Of a stretch of 64,000 nucleotides of DNA, positions 37,336 to 51,694 are shown piece after piece. Where the stretch lies: NCBI RefSeq assembly GCF_009834535.1, contig NC_045696.1:86244001-86308000 (forward strand), read 5' to 3'. Each line of letters starts with the position of its first letter. Positions within the stretch are counted from its first letter, which is position 1. This stretch comes from Camelus ferus. Its lineage: Eukaryota. Both the position numbers and the translations under genes were made by a program. The notes beneath the pieces are model-generated. The model saw nothing but the letters and a program-made list of their open reading frames with translations, was not told the origin of the DNA and made no database searches.

Positions 37336-40300
37336 TCAAACTATATACATTTAAATAAAAGTAATATATGTGTCTCAATAACATTTGCTGTAGTTAGGTA
37401 AAACTTGCACCCCAAGAATCAGCATGAGTTTTTAAACTAAAAGGTAAAAATGCTATAGTGTCTTTTTAAAAAATATTCTGTCCCCAGAATTAGTCCTTTG
37501 AGTTTTTTCGGGGGGGGGGCGCAAATAATATTTGTAAAATCAAATAACTTATAAATAACTTAATTAGTACTACATAAAAATTAGTGCAGTGAAACATATA
37601 ATTGTGATTGATTTACATAATTAGCCAGGTGGAAGTTAATATGTTGATATTCATATTACCTGATATATTTTAATATCATTATATTTATTCTAAAAAGATT
37701 AAAAAATACATAAGAATTTTGAAAGATATATATTAAGATATTTTGAAACATCATATTTTCACGAAGTCTCGATTACTAGATCCAATATTTAAAATACTAA
37801 GACCCTACAGTAAATAAATCCCAAAAACAGCTATGTGATTTCTTGAACTATTTAATCACCATGATACTGAGTATTTTAATCATCTAATATATATTCTTTG
37901 TATGTAAAATCATATTAATGCTTGGGAAAACTTTTGAAATTAAACCACAAATTATTGTACTTACAAGAAAGCATGCCTAGATTATCACTCATAATTAAAC
38001 CAAGTGAATATTTATGATGTATATATGTGTTTGGTTCAGTTTTTTGCAGATCTTCAAAATCAATATTTTTAATCAGCTTAATAATATCTTAAGCAGTCTA
38101 CCTCAGATCTTGAATAATAAATAAATTTGTGGTTTTCTTATATACCACATTTTTACTTTTGGAACACCAACAATCTTGCTAAGATGCTTAAGTCATATGG
38201 AATGTAAAGCCACAAAATATGGCAATTTTTAGTTAGATATACCAAGCAACTACTGATATTTCAGAAAAAATGAAGGTATGCATTTCAAACTAGGTCATAT
38301 TTCAAAATGTTATCTCATTGTGTACTTTAAAACAATACATGTATAATGTTTTATCATAAGATGCATTTTTGAACACTTCAGTGACCACCAGTCCTTTAGA
38401 ATTATCAAGCCATGTATATAACTAAATATTATGGAAAACAGCCTTAAAATTGACAATTTTGTTTGGGTTGCAAATTACTTTGTAAGGATCTATTTTCCTG
38501 ACAACTCTCCACTAAAGTTAGTTTTTGGATTTATTTTTCCTAATCTGTGATTTGCTGAGCATAATGTCAGAGATCTGATAGTTTAAAAATACTAAAATTC
38601 TCTTTCAGAAGAAGGGGTGTACTAAAATTAATTTATTAAATTTTGCAACTCAACTCTGGGAAATAAAGCATGCTTTTTCTAAAATAATGCTGCCTATAAA
38701 TGCATGTGTTTGGTGGTTGTTTCAGTTTATTACACAGCAAATTTGGCTCCTTATTTCAGCAGTATTTCCATCAGACAGCAGCAGCTCCAAATTCTGTGAG
38801 CTTCTATATTGTTGGTCTTAATAAGCATTATTCACTTTACCTTCACCAACAGAATATCTTACAAGCTCATAAAATATACATTTTTCAGAAGTGAATAGAT
38901 GGCACTATCTTCTTGTGGTTTCCTTTTCAAATTGTGGATAGCCAGAGGCTCAGGAAATACAGGGATGGCATCAGTCTGCTGTATTTTAGACAGCATGAGA
39001 TATTTTTTTAAAATCAGCAAGTTTCAATGGATCAAATTAAGAACGGTAAAAGAAAAGAAAAGCCAACAGTACTGACCAAATACATGATAATTCATTTTTG
39101 TAATATATGTTTGAGTCAAAGATGTTTGTTGTGTGGAATATTACAGGAGAATAAAACTTCCTCTGCAGTGTGCTTCCCAAGAGACCACCATATCTGGTTC
39201 TTCTGCATGATGAAGGGGAAAATGAACTCTTGTACCTATAGTAAAGAAAGAAAAAAAAATCATGTTGAAGATATTTAGCTACTTTTATGTCCTGAAAAGT
39301 GAATGAACAGTGGAACTCTAAGCATGATACTATGGGAACAAAGTGGCATGGGGCGAGGGAGGCATCCAATTTGTGGCTGTGCTTTAGCACTTGTGGGCCA
39401 CTGTGGTAACATTTGCTGTGCTGGCAGAGTTCATTTACTAAATAGACTGTGAACTGCAAGAGCAAATGCATATCCCAGATGTAAGCTGATATTCTCTTCT
39501 CACAATTAGAACCAAGCACAGTTTAAACACATTTCAATTACCTGTAATTTGCATGTTTTTGTTTAAGAACATTCATCTTCATCACCTTACTGTAACATTT
39601 TTATTTCAGCAAGGCAGGTAAAAAGCAATCACATTTAGAACACATTCAAGAATGATCAGGTGTTTTCATCTAGTATAGATTTAAAGTAACATTCCAACAG
39701 CAATTAATAGAGTATGAAATGTTACAAATTGGAAAAGTTTTGTAGAAGTCTAATATACAAATTTCGGGATAAGTTCTTTTTGAATAATGACATAATATAT
39801 TTAGTGATATTTTCAGTTTTTCATCTCCACTATATAAAAGAGAAAATTGAATCTCAACACTCTCCAGTAATCCTAAGACATAATATTTTATCATCATTTA
39901 CTAAACAGGAATATAGCTCCTGGTTTTGCACTAATTTTAAATAGACTAAATCAAAAGAAGGTACACTTTTAGCCCAATATATAAATCTACTTCTTGTTAT
40001 ATGCTTACCTCTGTGGTAACCAGAGAAGGTAGAAACAATCTTGAGTGCATTCCATGGCAACAAATTATCTAAAAAATATAGAAAAACATTTTTTGTTCAG
40101 TAGTTTCATTACTTTGAACTGCTGTCTGCCTTAATATTTTATTTCCATGTGAACAAATTTTGAGCACATCAAAATGCTAATCAGTTGTCAGAAAAATAGT
40201 TATTCCATGCAGATTTCTCTTCTGTGGGAGCAAACAGAAGGATCACCTGACGTAACCTACAATAACATTTTCCTCCTAATGGGCAGAGTCTATCTGTTGT

Positions 40301-41499
40301 TTCCTTGCTGGTTATAACTAACCTTTGTGGATAGTTCATTTGATCACTGAGCTTTTACATTTATGTTTTTATATTTAAAGATACAGCTATAGCTATTTTT
40401 CAAAGGGGACGTGGAAAGAATTATAAGGTTGATTGATGATTGCAATGATCTTATAATCTTTCCCTCCTATACATATGTAATCAACTAGATGTTGAAAACA
40501 TGGATGCTAGTGGCTCTGAGTAGTCTGAGATTTTATATTCGCATTATTTCTCTGAGTGGCAAGCACAGAACTTGTTCGAAAATTAGTACTTAAAATGTGA
40601 AGATGTTTCATAATTCATGCTATTTAACTTTTGCTTCTTTCTATAATTGTATTCTCCTTTCATTAGTTAGGTGATGTGCTTATTGTTTTTCTGAACATTA
40701 ATTATGCTTAATGGAGAAAAATGTGAAAAGATAAAATGTGTATATATTGTATATACATTTTTAATTTCAATGCATATTATGTATGTAATTTTTATATAAC
40801 AAGATAATTTATGAAGCCATTCAACATTTTCATATATTATTATATAATATTAATTATATTTCATGTCATATATATAATTTACTAGCAGTTCTTTTATTAT
40901 TGAACATATAAGTGGTTCCTAATTTTCTTATAAATAACCCTGTGATGATCAAGCTTGTCCCTGGTATCTTGGTACACATGTTTGCCTTTTCAAAAACAAT
41001 TCATTACTAAGAAAAGAATGCTGCTCAAGATTGTTGAAGTTTTAATGCTCTGGATGCATAATCATACTATTTATACCAAATTCCTTCCTCTTTGCAGTCC
41101 CTCTGTAAGTTCATGGAAAGGGCTGCTTGCTCTTGTGCCTCATTGTAATGGTTTGTTTTAATAGTTGCTAAGTTGATAGAAATTACCTATTTTGATTTTA
41201 AATGAGATTAAATACTATACATATTGTATACTAAACATTTTACTTACCTAATTATGGTTGTCTTCATATAACTTGCTATTCTTTTTATTATCTTAGAATT
41301 TTAATTCATGTCTTTCTAATAATAAAATTTTAAATTTGTCTATTTGTGAGAATACTTTTGTATTTTCATTTTAACTTTTAATATTTTTATAGATGTTCCA
41401 ATGTGCATTTGCTTAATTGTGCATTAGATTAATTGCACATTTTCTAATTTCTTTTGTAATTTTCTTTCTAATATTATCAATTGACCTAAGTTTTCTACT

Positions 41500-42115
41500 T
41501 CTTATACTTATTTACTAATTAAACAAATACTATTTGAGTGTGTATTATGTCAGGCAGTATGACAGATACTGGAGATAGAGCATAACCTTAAGGATCTTAT
41601 GATCTATTAATGAAGAAAAAAACAAAGAGAAAATTAGAGAATAATAGTGAAAAGTGTAGTAGTAGTAGTAGTAGAAATAGTGTGAAAAGTATAATGACAT
41701 GTATGAACAGAGTGGAAATGGGAACACACAGGACATCTATTTAAAATTGGAGGGAGTAAGAGCACTTAGAGAAAATGATCCTTGCAAACCCTGAATTCTG
41801 AGTAGACATTAGCCTGGAGTAAGAGAAAAGAGAGGCTTTCAAGGCAGGTGGAACTATGTGGAAGTGCAGCCACCGCTGAACAATCTGTCCAAATTTGACG
41901 CTGAGATTCTTGTAGGAGAGAGAGAGAGAGAATACTGGGAGAAAGAAAGCTGTACATATTAGGAAGGTCAGATTCTGAAGGGCGTAGCACAACAACAGTG
42001 GAGCTTAAACTTTATGTTGAAGACAACAGGAACATCATTCAGCCTTCAATGTGGAAACAGCATCAGGGAGCAATGACAAATGGCAGGATGACCAGTTAGG
42101 AGGATGTCAAAACTC
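41500..42115 (-). mobile_element. L2 LINE 3' portion
   Basis: aaacaaatactatttgagtgtgtattatgtcaggcagtatgacagatactggagatagag followed by purine-rich L2 body. Confidence 0.75.
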
Positions 42116-42139
42116 AGGGGCTAGCATTCTAAATGTCTT

Positions 42140-42295
42140 ATTACACAAATTAATCCATCAGACCCTCAGCTTCCTCATCTAAAACGGGGATAATAACACC
42201 TACTGTAAAATTGTGTGACAATGATTAAATGTGATAATATTTTAAAAGAATCCAAATTAGTCAGGTATAGAATAAGCACCAAATAGAATAAATTA
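42140..42295 (+). mobile_element. MIR SINE (3' half)
   Basis: cctcagcttcctcatctaaaacggggataataacacctac...gattaaatgtgataata. Confidence 0.8.
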
Positions 42296-42659
42296 ATACG
42301 GATTGAGGGATTAAATATAAATTAAAATTTTGATGTTTGAGAAAATATTAAATTTTCTACTCTATATGCATTGTTTGATAATTTTATGATCTCCTAATTA
42401 CTATTTATAATCTGACATCTGGAAATCTCATCTGAGAAGCCTCACAGAATCAACATGGCTCACTTTAAATCATTTCATATAATTTTACCCACAAATTGGG
42501 CCCTCCTGCTATACTCCTCCATCTCAATGAATAGTACTGGTTCCTCATAGAAGTACCAGAGAGTCATCCTTGAATCTTTCTTTTGGAATTTACTTATTTT
42601 CATATTCTTATAAGCAAATCAATATCAAGTCTTGTCTATTGTAATTTTAACCTGATGTT

Positions 42660-43300
42660 TTAATGTATTTATTTTCTGTTCTTTGGAAAATTCTGTTTTT
42701 CCCTCTGTCTGGATGCTTGCAGTTTATCTAAGTTTTGGTACGTGAAAACTTCAACAAAATAATGTTAAAGTGTGGGTGTTTTAATTAATATCAGTGGTAC
42801 TACTGGGTCCCTTCGTTGTAAAGATTCATGCTTATTCTGCATAGGAATCTCTTGTTTTATAGCTTTTTTTTTTTTTTTTTTTTTTTTTTGCTTCTCTGGC
42901 TGTTCTCATCTCACTCAGAATTTTGCTGTTTCATGAGTATTGGATCATCTACTCTGTGTCTGCTTTATTTTTGCTTAGTATATTCATATTTTTCTGGTTT
43001 TACTCAAAATTCTAAAACAATATTTAACACTGAGTTGTTTGTCAGATAAGGTCAGTGTGTCACTGTCTATTGCGTGGTACAAATACATCTTTCATCAGAA
43101 ACTGCTCATTCCTGGTCCAGGATCATTTGGGAAGATGTTATCACAAATCTTGTAATTAATATTATCTTTTTCTTTTAGCTTTTATTCTGTTTCATGAAGA
43201 AATTTGTTGCTTTACTTTACTAGCATGGTACACTGCCTTTGAATTTTTTTTCACATACCTACTGATGTTTAAAGAAAGTTGTCTCTGTACGTTATTAGGA
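42660..43300 (-). mobile_element. Ancient HAL1/L1 ORF1 remnant
   Basis: tgtctggatgcttgcag...aaagtgtgggtgttttaattaatatcagtggtactactgggtcccttcgttgtaaagattcatg. Confidence 0.5.
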
Positions 43301-43869
43301 CTGTAATTGAATTCTATGTGAATTTATTCAAAATATTGATCCTCCAGAATAAAAGTGGCAACCACAGGTTATCTAACTTTAGTTTGTTCAATCAAGGTTT
43401 ACTTGCCTATGAGGTATAAAGCACAAAAAACTAGGAAGCCAGTTCTACAAAAGCCATTACACTGGCTTTCTGGGTGTTTTCTTTTAGATACTTTATGTTA
43501 AGTATATAATGTAACTTAAGAGCCATTCCCAAATGATTCTTGGGAGTTACTTATTCCTCCCAAGGAATTGTCCCATGTGCTACCTTTACCAACAGTTTTT
43601 GGTCCTTCAAACCAATAAAACAATTTGTGGTGGAAGGTAGAGAAATAGATACAGGGAAAATCATTTCATGGTTGGTGAAACCTCTTTTATGCTAAGGCTT
43701 TTGGTGGTTTGCTTCTTTTGCTTGTTTGGAGCAGCCTAAAAGTAGCTGTGGCATGTTCTTTTTTTCTTCTTCATTGTCATCATCATTATTATCATTGCTG
43801 CTGCTGCTGCTGTTATATTTTTCAGTGTCTTTTTTAAAAATTTTGTTCACAAAGCTAATGAAGGTGGTA

Positions 43870-45230
43870 GCTTTTTGTTTAACAGTTTTGTTGGATTGCA
43901 TTTAACATAAAATTCTCTGTACATACTTTAACTGTAAACTTTGATGTTTTGAAATATGTATATACCATGAAACCATAAATACATTAAAGATAGTAAAACA
44001 CATTCATCACTCCCGAAAGTTGCCTCATATCCCTTTGTTTTTCCTCTCCCCGCTATCCTCCCTCAGCAGCTCTAGTTGACCATGTGCTTTCTGTCACTGT
44101 ACATTAGTATGCCTTTTCTAGAGATGAACATACATAGAATCACATAGTATTTCTTTTTTTTTTTGATCTTGCTTCTTTCACTCAGCATAATTATTCTGAG
44201 ATTTGTCAATGTTGTTTTATATATCAATAGTTCATTCATATATTTTTTGCTGTGTGGTATACCATTGTGTGTATGTTTGTGTGTGTGTGTGTGTATATTG
44301 CAATTTGATTATCTGTTCACCTGTAGGTGGACATTTTGGCTGTCTCTAGTTTGGGGCTATTGCAGAATTACAAATGACATTTCAGTGAACACTCATGTAC
44401 AAGTCTTTGTATGGACATATGCTTTAATTTGTCCTGGAGAATACCTGTGTATGATATCACATGGATTATATGATAGGTGTATATTTAAAATTGAACAAAT
44501 TGCCAGATTTTTTCTGAAGTGGTAGGATCATTTTACATTACCACTCCAGTATATGAGAGTCACTGTTGCCCCACAGCCTTGCCAATACTTGCAGTTGTCA
44601 ATCTTTTTAAAGATAATCTAGTAAATATTTAGTGTTACCCATCATGCTTTAAATTTACATTTTCTTAATGACTAATAATATATATTTTTATGAGTTTATT
44701 TGCTATCTACAATTCTTCTTTCACAAACTGTTCAAATATTTTGTCCATTTTTACTTGAGTTGTCTTCTTACTGAGTTTTGGGAGTACCCTGTATATTCTA
44801 GATACAAGTTCTGATAAAATAAAAAATTTACAAATATTTTCCCAGTCTTGATTTTGAAGAGCAACATTTTTAATTTTCATGAAGTCAAATTATCAAATTT
44901 TCTTGAGTGAATCATGCCTTTGATGACATAGTTCAGAATTTTTTAGCCAAGACTAAGAAGGTTGTTTTGTGTATTTTCTTCTAGGAGTTTTATAGCTTTA
45001 GATTTTACATTTGGATCTATGATCCATTTAAAATTAATATTTGTATATAGGGTGATATTTGTATCAAAATTTGTTGATATATGGATGTCCAATTATTCTA
45101 GCACTATTTGTTGAAAAGCCTAGCCTTTCTCCACTGACTTGCCTTTTACACTTTTGTCACATTTGTTTCTTTACGTATGAATCTATTTCTGAACTCTAAT
45201 TGTTCTGTTGATCTATTCATCTCTATAGAT
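43870..45230 (-). mobile_element. Old L1 (L1MB/MC-like) 3'UTR + ORF2 end
   Basis: acattcatcactcccgaaagttgcctcat; cttctttcactcagcataattattctgagatt; ctgtaggtggacattttggctg; ttttcttctaggagttttatag. Confidence 0.85.
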
Positions 45231-48200
45231 CAATTCTATCTATGTTATCTAGAAAATTAAAATACCCTATTTTAAAATACGTAAATAAAGTCATTGTACA
45301 GTTTCTACCAATTCATCAATAAGTGCATCCTTTACCATTATTATAACATAAAATTGAAATTTTAATATTAGAAATAAAGTAATAGGGTTTGCAGCAATGC
45401 TCAGTAATATCGTTAAAGCACTGAAACAACTATATTTGATATGAATCTAAATACTCAAGTCTTTTTCCTCCCTATGATTTTCCATGTAATTTCTAGTTCA
45501 TACAAAATTCAGAGGCTCTCATTCTTCCTGGCAGTTTTATTTGTGTTTTACTGAACACAGACTCTAAAAGATTTTGCATTGATTTCTAAATGATTTTACT
45601 CTCATAGAAGATACTTAATGGCTTTGGCCTTGCGCTTTCTTGGGAGACCTTTCCTCACCTTCTGTACCTTGTTGTTCACTTAGATCTGAATCTGCTAGGT
45701 TTTTAATGTGTTCTAATCATTACCTTCAGATAATGTGAGCAAAATGTCTGGTAATTAAGCTCCTCAATAGGAAGTAAGTTCCATGCTGAACTTCCAAATG
45801 ACTACCGTATTGTAATTTTGTAAAGCTTGAAAAATACCTTAGTAAGCACCACTTTGAACTATTTTTATTTTCAAAGATTTAAATTTACTTTAAAAATACT
45901 AAATGTATTTTGAATCTCACCATGCTTAAACAATCAATATGGATAGTTGAGTGCTAAATTAATAATTTTATAGTGTAATATTTCACACATACATGGCAAA
46001 TGGCTTCATGGCAATATAAAAACAATAATATATTCCCATGAGAAAAGACAAGACATAATCATTACTTTTGATTTCTTCCATATATTGGTAACACATATAA
46101 TTCATAGCTTCAGCAAACCATATGAATATATGTATATTGATGCCATCACTTACTTTGTAACCTTCTCATGAAATACTCCCTTATTCTTTAAATAACAGAA
46201 TGAACAGCTAGATAGAAACAAGATTTCATAGGATTTGTTTTCATTGTATTTTAGGAATCATTTGATTAATTTTAATAACATAATGTATATAGATTTGATG
46301 ATAGTGCACATGTATAATTTAAGAGGACCTTTTATCTTCCTGCAGTTACTTTCTTATTTAAATATGTATAAATATATATGTAGCTTTTTGATGTATGTAA
46401 TCAAAGGCTTCCCAAAGCACATCCATTGTTAAATTAAGAATTGTGATTTTAGAAAGCAGTAGAAAACTGAATTTAATAGGTTAAGTTTGATTCAACCATC
46501 TATGAGCTTTTTGAGCTAAGGCAAATCACTTTACCTCTCCATGTTTTTGTTCCAGTAAAGCTGCTCATATGTTAAGTCTCAAATGAGAAGTCCTCAGGAT
46601 TTATAAGTCATTAACTGAAATTTTATTTCTTGCTGTTTCTCCCATTGCTCTTTATAATATATTGAGAACATAAAGTCTTATCCATATGGCAGTTTCTAAA
46701 ATTAAAAGTAGAAATAAAGCCTCTTAAAATTCTTATGATGAAGTTATGGATGTAAATGAAGCTGAGGAAAAAGTTTTATAGTGGCAAAACTTTTTTGACT
46801 GATCTTTATTTTCAATTTGTAAAGATCACTCCTTCAAAAATACATAAAAGTACTTCTTAAAATTTATTGAAATAAACTATATGATACTTGAAGGTGTATC
46901 ATCTGAATATGTCTAAATAAAAATTAATAATCAGATGATGTTAATGCATTTGGATTATTCTAAGTTTTCTTACAATTTCGGCTCTAGAGGTTTCAGGCTA
47001 CACTAGAATATCAAAAATATAAGTAAGAGCAAGCAAGCCAGTCTCTTAGATCATTATTTCACACATGGGAATAACACTACTGTATTAGCAGGCAAAACTT
47101 AAAAGGTACTAGTTTTACGATCTATAACAAGATCATTTTTCTCAATGTTTCTTCTTACATTATTTTGGATGCACACTGTACTACAGTGAGAAGGTAATAA
47201 ATAGGTTGGAAGTGGGTAGGGAAGGTCCAGAGATATAAGTATACTTTGCTTTTTGTAAAAATTTAAGGATGATTCCAACTTAGAACATGCAATTTTATTT
47301 TGCATAAGATGTTTGTCTTTTTGTTTTGATTTATTTTCATAGAACACATTCAAAAATTGATTTTGATTAAAATAACTTGAAATTTTCACTGAAGTATTAG
47401 AACAATCATTGAAGTGTGTTATAATATGGCCTATTAACTGATACTTTAGCTGAATACAAACAAATGAAAAATGAGGCTCTTGATTTTATGCAATTTAGTA
47501 GTACAATATCTCTCAGAATAACACTCCAAATAAAAATGTAGTAAGATATGAATTATTTTTATCATAATGCAAAATCAAATTTATTTCTAATATTTTTCAG
47601 CATTTTTTTAATCTTTGCAGGTAGTTCCAAAAGAGTTAAAAAAAAAAAATACAGTATGAAACAAATACAGCTCTTCATCAGAGTTCTCTTTTATTACAAG
47701 TTTATAACATGAACTTACTCCTAATGTTAGATTTTATACTGATTAATAGATAATACTTCTTTCAAACCATGACAAAAATGCTAGTATATTTTTAAATTTT
47801 TATTTTAATGTATTACATCAAAGTAATTTTTATTTGTTCCAGTATAGTAAGAATTATCTCAGGAAGACTTACCTTCAGATTGTGTAGATTATAAAACATG
47901 TATTTTTTCGATATTGAATTAAATGCATGTTTAATTTTAGAAATTAAGAAATAGTGGCTTGGCTCAGAATTCCATCACCTTTCTTACCAGCGTATGAATC
48001 TGCTGACTGTATAAGTGGGTCAGCTGTGCTCTCCTTTGGGGTTGTTAGCCGTACTTGCCTACTTAATTCCAAAGCAATAACCTGGGGCTTGGTGTATTAC
48101 TTTAAAAATTACAATACTATTTCTTGTCGAGTCCTCGCAATTATGCTTAAATGCGCTCCAGTTCTGTTCACTTTGAAACTTTTTTTATTGAAAGCCCAAT

Positions 48201-49724
48201 CAAAATGACTTTTAAATTTGATTCCATACTTTAAAAATAACAGTGACAACAATATCTTATATGGGAAAAAAGTTAATTTGTCTAAAGAAATGAATATTTA
48301 TAATTTATAATTTGCCAATTATACAGAAATTATTTTATGTTGGATTTGTACCTAGTAGTATATTTTTATAATGTTCACCTTATGTGAAAAAAGAAAATTT
48401 CCCATAAAAGAGTTTGTAGTAAACCATATAATAAAAGGTACAATATGAATACCATAGGAGAATGTTAAGCATGCATTAAAAAAATTATACATGCTGTGCC
48501 TGAAAGCCGTAACTTTGTAAACTGAATTTTAAAAACGGTACCGTGCTCATAACTAGGTGTAGTTAATTGCATGTCTTTATTTGTCAGGTATATATGGAAA
48601 AAAATTTAATGAAACTAAACACAACTCGTATAACCTCCTGAATTATTCAAAATCAACTGAGAAGATGCAAACTGCCAAGTGCTTTCCAGGGTATGGATAA
48701 TGCATCATGATCAATAAGCAAATGCTGTCCTTCACTTATAACCAAATTTAAGAATGTATTATTAAAGAGGCATAAAATTGGTTGGCTCCATCATTTATGC
48801 AAATATGCATGTCTGATGAGATTTGCATTGTGATAGAAAATGCAACTTTTAATTCCTCAATTTTAAGCAATGCTTGAAGTATTGCATGTGGAAGACCCTG
48901 ACCACAAAGAAAGAAAAGTAAATAATTCCTTAACTATTGACAAAAGGATTACAGGCTCTAGCAATTCATTATCTGATTTGGTTCTTACCTTCAGTAAGCC
49001 TATTCAGAAAAGAAGTAAACAAACACTGAGCATTTCTTTCTAAATCAAATATCCATAATGGAAAATCTATCACCTCCCTTGACAATTTATGCAGGTTTCT
49101 AGAATTAAACTGAGTTTACTTAATCTTTCTCATGGAACTTTCTTGGTTAGGCTCCATATTTCTTGGTTTGAAACTTTGAGAGGAACACTTGTATTTGGTA
49201 TCCATCTTTTAAAAGCCTGGAAAATGCTGAACAAATTAATGTACATTGCATAATTTCCATCACCTTGACTATTACAAAAATTGGATTAGAATGTATTTAT
49301 GAAAAATCGGTTTAATTTTAAACTCCTTAATTTTTTTGATTCATGAATTTTAGTAGTTTTATCATAGTTTAGTAACATTAATGAAATAACTTACCAAGAA
49401 AAATTAATTCATTTTCAATAAAAATAGAATTACTAATATGCTAATTAAAAAGATAGAAACACCTTGGCTAGAAATAGAAAATAGAAATGTGAAAAAGGCA
49501 AAAAAAAAAAAAAAAAAAGGTGTTTAAATGTAGACAATAGAAAATTACACTTGTATGCAGAGGGTCATCCCCCTCATTCCCTGACTGTTTTGGCTCCTGG
49601 CTTACTGTTTCTTTCTCCAGCCCTACTTCTGTTATAATTATTGTAATTTAAATTCCCATGCAGATTCTTTCCAATAACCTTAAGCTTGCTTCTCCAGTGA
49701 ACTTGTCCTCCCCCCCTTTTCTTG

Positions 49725-50272
49725 GAACATTTTCTTTAGAACACTTGTAACTTTTTTCTCTTTAAAATGTGTGTAAATCTTTTTAAAAGCTAAATAAGTG
49801 TCTTGCCAGCTTTAAGACCAAGGAATGTCTTAAATATCCTGAGAGCCACCTCTTTGAAATGTAATTATCAAGAAAGATAGCATTCTAGTTTCTTTTGGAG
49901 GGTAAGAGCCTAACTTCAGTGGGCACCTTACTTTAAGTCACTAAAGTTCCTCCTGTCATAAAGATATGTTTATTTTTCCTTTAGGAAAAAAGCCAGTTAG
50001 CAAATACAAATGGCCACCCCAATTACCAGGTGAAACTAGGATGAACTATGTGGACAAATGATGCTGTTAGATCCTCTTACTTGAGAACTTGTTATTGTTT
50101 ATATTGAGAATGTGTATGTCAGTGGGTTGTATCATCTGGTTATATAAAAGGATGAATTTTCTTTTTGTTTTAAAAACATATTTAGTAATAAAACTGTTTG
50201 CTTTCTCTTCTGCTTTTGTGTAGTGGTTTTCTGGGTTGCCTGAAGATTTTGTTTTTAATAATATTCCTCAAT
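49725..50272 (+). mobile_element. ERV1 solo LTR, MER67/MER31-like, inserted in an L2
   Basis: tcttgccagctttaagaccaaggaatgtc...gagccacctctttgaaatgtaattatcaagaaagatagc...gagggtaagagcctaacttcagtgggcacctt; TATA-like tatataaaag and aataaa near the 3' end. Confidence 0.75.
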
Positions 50273-50274
50273 TC

Positions 50275-51480
50275 CGTCTAGCTTGCTTATTTGAAGACAT
50301 TACCCCAGAAATTCTTCCCTCTCTTTCATGCCTTTTAAAATATTTTGTTTCTTAATTGATCTTTCTTAGTAGCTGCAGTTTCTTCCATCTTGAGCCTTAC
50401 ACTTCCTCCAACAATGATCCCATCTTTCTACTGTCTTTGGAATAAATTTTCTCCTTTCAAAATTAGACATGCTTCCCCTCGTGTGTCATTTCTGGTAGGC
50501 ACTGTAACTAGGCTTTGACTTCACCACTAAATAAAATAGTTTTTGCTAGTATTAGCAATAATCTCCAATGACAAAATGTGAGTCTTCGCATTTCTTCACT
50601 GTTGGCAATCTTTGACAGAATTGATCAACCCCTCTAGCTTGAAACCTTGTGTTCTTGCTCCTGGGACATCACCTCACTCATTTCTACAATTGACTCTCTG
50701 TCTGGTGCTTTGCATTCTCCTTCGTAAATTCCTCTTTATCCCTTAGACTCTAAACCATGGAGTGCCCTAAGATCAGCCTTGGCTTTCTGATCTGTTTGGT
50801 CTACTCCAACTTTCCTGATTGTTGCATTCAAACTCATAGGTTTATGTGTAACCTAACACTGATACCTTCCAAATATATTTCTCCAGTTTGAATCCAAACA
50901 CATTTCCAACTGCTTGTTTAACATCTCTAAAATGAACAAATCTTGTAAGAGATCTACCTAAATCAAAAGATCTAAAACATAAATTGCATATCTAGTGTAT
51001 ACATTTTACATCAATGAATCTAAATTCTGAAATCTAAAATCCAACCACTTCTACCACCTCTGTTTAGTTATCATCTTATATCAAGTTACCATTGTCTCTG
51101 ACATGGCTTTTTGTTTCCACTGTTGCCTTTTAACTGTCTTTTCACAACAATCAATCCTTTGCTTTAAACTACATAATATCTTCCTGTTACCCTCAGAGTA
51201 AAACAAGAAATCTTTACAAAGATCTACAAGGTCTTATATTTTTAACTCTAACACTCTGAATTTATTTTTGACTATATTCCTTCCACACTGTCCTTCTTCC
51301 TGACCTTTTAGCACATCAGATCTTTTATTTCACACCACCTATTTCAAGTGTTTTTTTTCCTCAGAACTAGATACCCTTCTGGATTAATGCTTGGCTGATT
51401 CCTTAGCCTCTAGCAGATATTTGTACAATTGGCTTATGTTAGGAAAGACTTTCCAGAATGCTCCATACAAAATTAAATGT
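50275..51480 (+). mobile_element. L2 LINE (RT region and 3' part)
   Basis: ggcaatctttgacagaattgatcaacccctctagcttgaaac; ctaaaccatggagtgccctaagatcagccttgg; actgataccttccaaatatatttctccag. Confidence 0.75.
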
Positions 51481-51532
51481 TTCATTTGGTGTATCATTTT
51501 TGGTGAGTAATATAGCTTCAGTGACTCATTCA

Positions 51533-51568
51533 TTCTCTCTCTCTTTCTCTCTCCCTCTCTCTCTCTCT
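51533..51568. repeat. (CT)n microsatellite, imperfect
   Basis: Directly visible. Confidence 0.9.
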
Positions 51569-51694
51569 GTGTACACATGTATATGACAAAGTGTTTGTGC
51601 CACTATATGTATAAATATACATAGTTTCGTAGTTTCAGAATCACTAACTGATACCGCAGTTAAATGGAAACCAATGAACAAAAATTCAGTATTT

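Noticed and set aside
39037..39519. 160-aa minus-strand ORF in unique DNA
   Set aside because: Non-ATG start, no recognisable domain and no convincing exon boundaries; compatible with chance.
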